The position numbers and the translations under genes are program-made. A stretch of DNA of 43,671 nucleotides, taken from positions 496,001-539,671 of the forward strand of contig CT868185.1 in the NCBI GenBank assembly GCA_000165425.1, read 5' to 3'. Source of the DNA: Paramecium tetraurelia (lineage: Eukaryota). Within the stretch, counting starts at the first letter, position 1, and each line of letters opens with the position of its first letter. Under the pieces are notes generated by a model. It saw only the letters and a program-made list of their open reading frames with translations, ran no database searches and was not told the origin of the DNA. Positions 36,922 to 43,671 of this stretch are shown piece after piece.

Positions 36922-39332
36922 TCAATTATGTTTTAGTAGTTGAAATATTTAATTAACATTTATAGGCTTTTATAGATACCCATCAAATAATGATAACTAA
37001 GATATTTCAGTTTTAGAATGAGCTGAGCATGCAATGATTTGTGTATTCACTCGCTCTCTAATCATAGATACAGCCTAATAACCATTAATGATTGGCATTT
37101 CAATATCCATAAGAATATAATCATATGTAGAATGTAGATTACATCCATTATAAGCATCAATCTTTGCGATTGCCTCCTTCACCGAGTATGCCTTAAAAAA
37201 TACTTTAAATTCAAAATGAATACTTTGTCAATTATCAAATCATATTGTTTCAGCTAACTCTCAACAATTGAAATGTTAAAAGGCATATCATCCACAATTA
37301 ATATTTGTACACATTTACATATACTAATATTACTCGGGGATTAAACCATTTCATTATACTTGCACATTTAAGGTATATTCCTAAGCTAATTGACAATCCC
37401 TTCGTTATCTTCATCATATAAGATACACACACTATCGTCAATATCCTTCTTATTGTGAATCTTAAATGAAAATGTCGATCCCTGGTTTTCCCCCTCTGAG
37501 TACACTTTGATCTCTTATCCTAATTTCTAAGCCAATATATTCGATATCATCAATCCTAAGCCAACTCCAGTAATATTATCACTATTCTCCAATCTACCAA
37601 AAGCTGTGAATAGTTTGTTTTATTCATTCTTAGGTATCCCTATCCCGGTATCCTTCACTTTTATTTCAACACAATCTTCGTCTAAATCTAAATAAATAGT
37701 AATTCCACCTGTTTCTGTAAACTTAATTGCATTTGATAACAAATTTAAAATTATTTGCTTAACTCTGTTTGGGTCTGTTGTTATCCACTGAGGAACGTGT
37801 TTCTATTATTCTAATTTCATATACAGTCCTTTTGAATTCGCCTATATTTTCATTATCTCAATGATTTCATTTATTAACTCAGTTATCTTAACTTATTAAA
37901 ATTATAAATTAAATTTCCCAGCTTTCAACTATGCTACATCCAAAAGATCATTTACTAAACTTAACAATGAAGAAGCCATAGATTTAATGGGTTACATTGA
38001 CTTTTCTAACTATTTTACACACTAATCGTTTGCGTTATGATTAGGGTTTAAAACAGTTCCAACGCTTTGAATGATTATATTTAAAGGTGTTTTGAATTCA
38101 TGTGCTACCTTATATAGCATTTGGGATTTATTAAAATTAGTTTTTTCTAGAGCGGCTATTTAATTCACATGAGTAATATCTCTTATTATAAATAAAATGA
38201 ACCCTTTATTATATGCGATGTAAGGTTTTAAAATTACTTAGAATATCTTTTGCATCTCTCCTTAGCATATGATGCTAATGTCCTAGAAGAACTTTAATGT
38301 TAATGAATTTAAATCACATTTAGGTTCTCTTTCCAACATTTGTTTAAAAATTTACTTAACTTCATCAATTATTATTGGAGATTATGATAAGTTATTATAA
38401 TGCTATTCATTATCTTGATTATTTTAATCCTCCTCTTCTTATTCTACAGAGCTCTTCAATTAGATGTAATCTGATTTTTCATTACCCAAGCTTTTTGATC
38501 TGGATTTCAACTTTTTATATAGAATCAAAAACAATTATTAATAATTATCTTATTCCGAATTTATTGCATTTCTTAGAGCTAACAATTTCTATTTTGCAAC
38601 ATCAGCAAAGGTTTCATTCATCAAACTTCTAAATGCTGCATTATTAAATTAAACATGAAGTTATTCATCTAATATTAAAACTCCATCAGGAAATGCAGTT
38701 AATAATTTTTTGAATAAATTGTATTCTGTTTGTTCAATTTCCTTGTTCGGTGATTATTAACCAATTTCCAAAACATGCTGTTTATATTATATTGAATCTC
38801 TTTTTGTTATCATGCTGAGAATTTCAGATTTTGAGGTTTCTTTTATTTTGGTTTTGTTTTTATAATGAGTGTAGAACAAATAAGCTGCACTTGTTGATAG
38901 GAATGCCAAAATCTCACAAATGGTGATGATATCAATTTTTAAACTAATCACTACAATACCAATTGCACTAATGAAACATGTCCACCATGATTTCATAGCC
39001 ATAATAATTGAACAACCAACAGCCACATACATTATTGGCGATTACAATAGCATAGCATTCAAAATCATTATTATTATTGTGCTCATATTTATGATTGAAA
39101 ATACCAAATTATTTTCTTTTAACAATCTAGTTGACAATATTCCTGCTGATAAACAAATCAGTGCAATTGAATAATCAGAACTACCTACAAAGCTCATATA
39201 TAACACATGATCTAATATTCCAAACACCAAAAGATTTCTCATTTTTTTAAACCTATTAAACTATAAAATAATAATCTTATAAACTTTATAATTAACATAT
39301 ATGATATCATTGTTGTATTTTTAATGTTTCAT
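36922..39332 (-). CDS. Membrane-bound hybrid histidine kinase (TM region, PAS-like, HisKA, HATPase_c, receiver)
   Basis: Hydrophobic N-terminus, AFPDGVLILD, H-box VAHEFKTPLN, N-box QIILNLLSNAIKFT, DTGIGI, GVGLGLMIS, receiver LIVDD..MDIEMP..KP. TGA 36922-36924. Start at 39332 or 39242 (same frame). Confidence 0.93.
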
Positions 39333-39449
39333 AATTTATATATCAAATTGTAAGACTTTTTTCCATTATAAGTGATAGGTTCATTTGTTATTGCATATTA
39401 GTTTTGATTAATATTATAAGTTTACCTTAAAGCCATAGATCATAATTTA

Positions 39450-41250
39450 ATACATCAGCGAAAGAATGTTAGAACTTAACTGTACCATAGAAAATTTCTC
39501 TGATGGAGTGGGAAAAATTGTAAAAATAGGCAATTCTATGGCAATTATCTCTGAAATATGGATTTAAACTTATTTAAGAAATTTAATATGCATATTAATA
39601 AAAAAAGAATATAAATCCAAGCAGCTCAACATGAGAAGGAATAATGTAACTTAAATTAAAAATTTGGAACTAACCAAAATGTAAATAATTCTAGTTTAGT
39701 GAAAGAAATTATAGAATTGAAATCATTTGAAAAATTATACCAGGATTGTTTATCCTATTAATTGCTTATGGATTAAGCCAATAAGAGGAGGATTGATTTG
39801 TCTTAGAATTCAAAAATCTACAGATTGAATCCTCATATTTTAATCATAAAATTAGTTTATTAAAAAAGCATTACAAATGTTATGGGTATCATATTGTTTA
39901 ATTATTGTTTATTAAATTTACATGAATGGAAGATAACAACATTAGTGTACTTAACTTTAAAATAAATATGGCTACTAAAAAGTATATGCTAAGTAATATT
40001 ATTTAATTTTTTGATCTTTTTTGACAGTTAGAGATATCATAAGCTTAGAAATTTATAGTAACACCTTATTTGCTATTCTCTTTAATTATGTCTTCTACAT
40101 TACATAAACTTAAATATGATAAAGATAGGCAATATCTAATAAATAATGGCTTTAAGGCATTTAGTTTAATAAAAATCTTTCGAATTGTTGACTGAGATGG
40201 ATTTTATTGATAAGGAGTAAATAATATTTCTAAGCTTTGAAAAGAATGCTAATGATTATGTGTAACCATCTATTTTTGATGAACATCAATTTCGAAAAAA
40301 TAAATACAAACTAAATCATTCTATTTTTGACAGCATCATTCTCTATAATTCTAATTGGAACAATAAAAGTCGTTAAATGCACGATATATTTATTTTAATA
40401 AAATAGATTGAGAAGAATAATATTTTTAGGATGAATAAAAATGAATGCTGGAATTCCAAAAATACATGAAAAAAGAGAAAGGTAATTTCAATTTTATAGG
40501 ATTGGTGGCTAGCGATGAAAAACTTATAAAAATGCAGAATATTAAGCAAAATGAATCATCGGAAGGTTTAGTAGCTCATTAATATTTAATATATGTACTA
40601 GCTAATCTCAAGACTGCTTTTATTAGCCTTTGGCATCTTAAAAGTGGAGAATTTGCAGTTCCTATTATAATTTAAATGTAGGATCTAAAAGGATAAAAAG
40701 TTAATTGCCCAATTAACAGTTATAACAATTCTATTAACTTTTGTATTATCTTATTATTATAGAAGCCTAATTTCAGGATTAAATGATAGAACAATAATCT
40801 TTTGGAATAATGACTATTCACAAATTTATATTTTAAGTAAAAGATTCTACGAAATAGGGATAATTACTCTTTTGGATGCAGTTTCAAGCAAATTTAGAAC
40901 ATACATGATTATTTAAAACTCTAAGGTGTAGAATCTAGAGTAGATTATAAGTTTGATGCATCTGAATTTTCTAAATATTGCTCTTTCAATTGATTAAGAT
41001 CGAACAGCAAACTCAAATCTTAATAAATTCAAATAAGCATCTAAGATTGTTTGGCTTAATCAGATATAGAACTAATTATATATGATCTAATGGAAAAGGA
41101 GAACCACAAGATTTAACATCCTACCAAATTTACTAAGAAGGGCAATTATGATATTAAGGAAAAGATATTATACCTTAAATGGATGTAACTCCTTCCTTTT
41201 CATTCTCCTCAAATATTTATATCTTCAAACTTTTTTTTGTTTCTTAAAAA
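39450..41250 (+). pseudogene. Decayed WD40-repeat gene remnant
   Basis: Broken frames with TGA stops but WD-like fragments: VASDEKLIKMQNIK, LVAHQYLIYVL, ISLWHLKSGE, and SLISGLNDRTIIFWN in another frame (about 40765-40810). Boundaries approximate. Confidence 0.4.
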
Positions 41251-41987
41251 CAGAAAATAATTAAAAGCACTGACTTATAAAATTATCTAAAGGGGGGACA
41301 ATTTGAAACTTTTTGAATTAATAAAGTCTAAATTTTTAATCATAAATTCAATTATTTGAAATTATATAAGCTATAGATTGAAATGTTCTTATTAATATAA
41401 TGAAATAATATAAAATAATTGAAGATTTTCTAAAAAGAATTTACTTCCAAAAAGTAGAATTATTCTTTCCTAAATCCTTTAGAGTAAGAGTTGATAAAAT
41501 TCTTCGATTAATTATGTCACTTTATATCTATTATTCTAATTTATCCTTGCAGATATACTTGTTATTGTCTTGATGGGATAAAGGAATTCTTTCAATAAAG
41601 TACTAATAATCTTTTCTATAACGCAGTAGTGTAGGATGCCGACATTTGAGATTGGCTATTAATATCAAATATTTTAAATCAAAAGCCAGACGACAATATT
41701 TTTATGAAAAATATTTCATTCCCTAACCTCACAAATGAAATACCAATGATTGAAAACTATTCATAGGCTAATCTTGCAAAAGATGTTTGATGACTAATTA
41801 ATGTCTCATAACTTCGCTCCAATTGTTTAAATATAATATGAGTAATAAAGTTTTTAAATATTCATGAAAAAGTGGAAGGGTTTGGCTTATTCATAATAAA
41901 AATTAATAATTTTGATAATTTTTTTATTTCATAATTATTCACTCTTATTTTCTAAAATTAAATATATAAAGGCGGGTTTATAAAATT

Positions 41988-43603
41988 ATGCATCATCAAA
42001 AAAATGCTAATTGTGTCAGTTCTCACGCTGACAGAAAGAAGATGAAAGTGTGGATATTAACTACAATAAAAAGGGGTAGTTCAATTGACTTAAAATAAAG
42101 TAACAATTCAAATAAATCACATGCCATATAAACTTCAATTTCTAAGAAGGATATGAAATTAAGAAGAAGAAGTTTTTCTAATTCGATTTCTACTTATGAT
42201 TAAGATTCAAATTGGAAAGAGCAAAAGAACTAAAAAGATGGTTCAAATCAATTCTTTTATAAGCAGGAGAAAGTATAAAATGATAGTAATCAATCATCAT
42301 AAAACAATAAGAATGATCAGAATAATTATAATAATCAGAATGATCAGAATGATATTTATGAAAAAAGAAAAAATGAAGTAAATTTTCAATAATTTCATTA
42401 CAACTTTTAGTCTGATGTGCTATAATTGGAAGCCTTGTATTATTGGCTTTCAAGTTTTGGATTTCAACGATCTACTCCTTTTTAACTTCCCCCTCTTCTA
42501 AGCTACTATATATATACTTTGATTTTGTATAGAAATGATATGCAGGAACTATCTTTATAATTTTTAGAATCCTCTTTTAAGGATGAATATTACAACAAAT
42601 TAAGGGATATGTAAAGTTAGTATTTTCAATAACAACTTTAAAATTAAAGCATCTCCTAAGTTTTATTCCATGATGTTCCAAATCGAGTGTTTAATTACGA
42701 GTATATTTTTATACAGCATCTGAATAAAATTATTGCTAATATGAATTTAGATTATAACATTCTTTTGGATGACTTTTTTTTATACTTCAAATCTGTTCAG
42801 CCTTTAAAAGAATTAATATAGAAGCATCTTTAAGCGATACATATGTTTTCAGAAAAAGTAATATTGCATTCGGAAATATACGATTTGTCTTCAGATAAAA
42901 CGATGGATAACTAATTGATTTTAAACAACCAATAGGGAAATTTTTAGATAAATAATTTGTAGATTATATTTAGTTCCAGGAGGGGTTTGGCAAATAAGTA
43001 TAATCAGCTGAACCCATTATGTATTTTAATTAATATCGCTCTGAACCTCATAGCGAAAGGACAATGATTTTGTTTCTTTTAGCCGATATTTACCTAGATA
43101 AATCAATATTTAATAATTTACAAATTGATTTAATACATTATAACAAATTAGATAGCCTCTCCTAAATTCACTTGGAAATAACAAGTGAGAATAGATTTTG
43201 TAATAAATGTGTAGGTATGTTTTAGATGATTCCAGTTCAATTTCTTTGTGAAAAATGTAAACAAAAATTTAAATTGAATGTGGATAAAAGATCTTAATTT
43301 ATTATCACATCATAGTATTTATTGGATCCATAAGTATCTACAAAATAATAAAGATATTAAAGAATTTGGAACATAACAGACTCAAGAAAAATAAATTAAC
43401 AATAATAATAAAATTAAATAAAGAAGGAAAACATTTAAAGAAAAAATGAAAAAGAACTTCCCTATGATTATGAGTAGCCAAGTACTGAATAGTAAGAAAA
43501 CATTCATTGTTAACTAGTACAACAACAAGATTTATCATAAACAGACTCCAGCAAATCACTTTAGTAAGAAGATTTACAATAGGAATATTATAATTTGCTA
43601 TGA
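41988..43603 (+). CDS. Orphan protein with putative Zn-dependent deaminase-fold domain; reading frame switches near 42774-42782
   Basis: The ATG 41988 frame is open to TGA 43065. A second (-1) frame is open from 42773 to TGA 43601-43603 and encodes KSNIAFG...EPHSERTMILFLL...IHLEITSENRFCNKC. Confidence 0.5.
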
Positions 43604-43671
43604 AGAACAAGAACCCACTGGAACGGGCTAACAGGAGAACTTGGTGTCGAGTACGAGGACTCGTACTACCT

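Noticed and set aside
42190..42453. ORF-track ORFs and short GAATGATCA/AAT repeats
   Set aside because: Off-frame readings of an N/D/Q low-complexity segment of the 41988 gene. Not a CRISPR array or mobile repeat.
43604..43671. 5S rRNA, tRNA or snRNA at the window end
   Set aside because: No match by eye to 5S, U1/U2/U6 or tRNA consensus motifs on either strand.

Overview
AT-rich, very gene-dense ciliate DNA, most likely Paramecium macronuclear sequence. TAA/TAG read as Gln, TGA is the only stop, introns are tiny (about 20-32 nt, mostly GTA...TAG) and intergenic gaps are often 30-70 bp. The supplied standard-code ORF track therefore shows only fragments. Re-translating by hand with the ciliate code gives about 18 genes: WD40 (partial), casein kinase 1, transportin-SR-like importin, PME-1, MFS transporter, PH plus permuted NlpC/P60, Cdc20-like WD40, tandem P-loop GTPase, RTEL1/FANCJ-type helicase, synaptojanin-like phosphatase, cNMP-domain K+ channel, coiled-coil and FHA proteins, RNA polymerase II second subunit and a hybrid histidine kinase. 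The right end holds a decayed WD40 region and an orphan frameshifted gene. Three candidates stand out. (1) An intact RPB2 with substitutions at normally near-invariant sites (gating Tyr, fork loop 2, switch 3), possibly part of a specialised Pol II variant. (2) An orphan gene with an HSE...CxxC deaminase-like signature placed behind an in-phase T-TTT-TTA frameshift site. (3) A double-GTPase gene with an in-frame TGA at an expected Cys of a Cys-rich motif. All translations and family assignments are by eye; no database searches were run.
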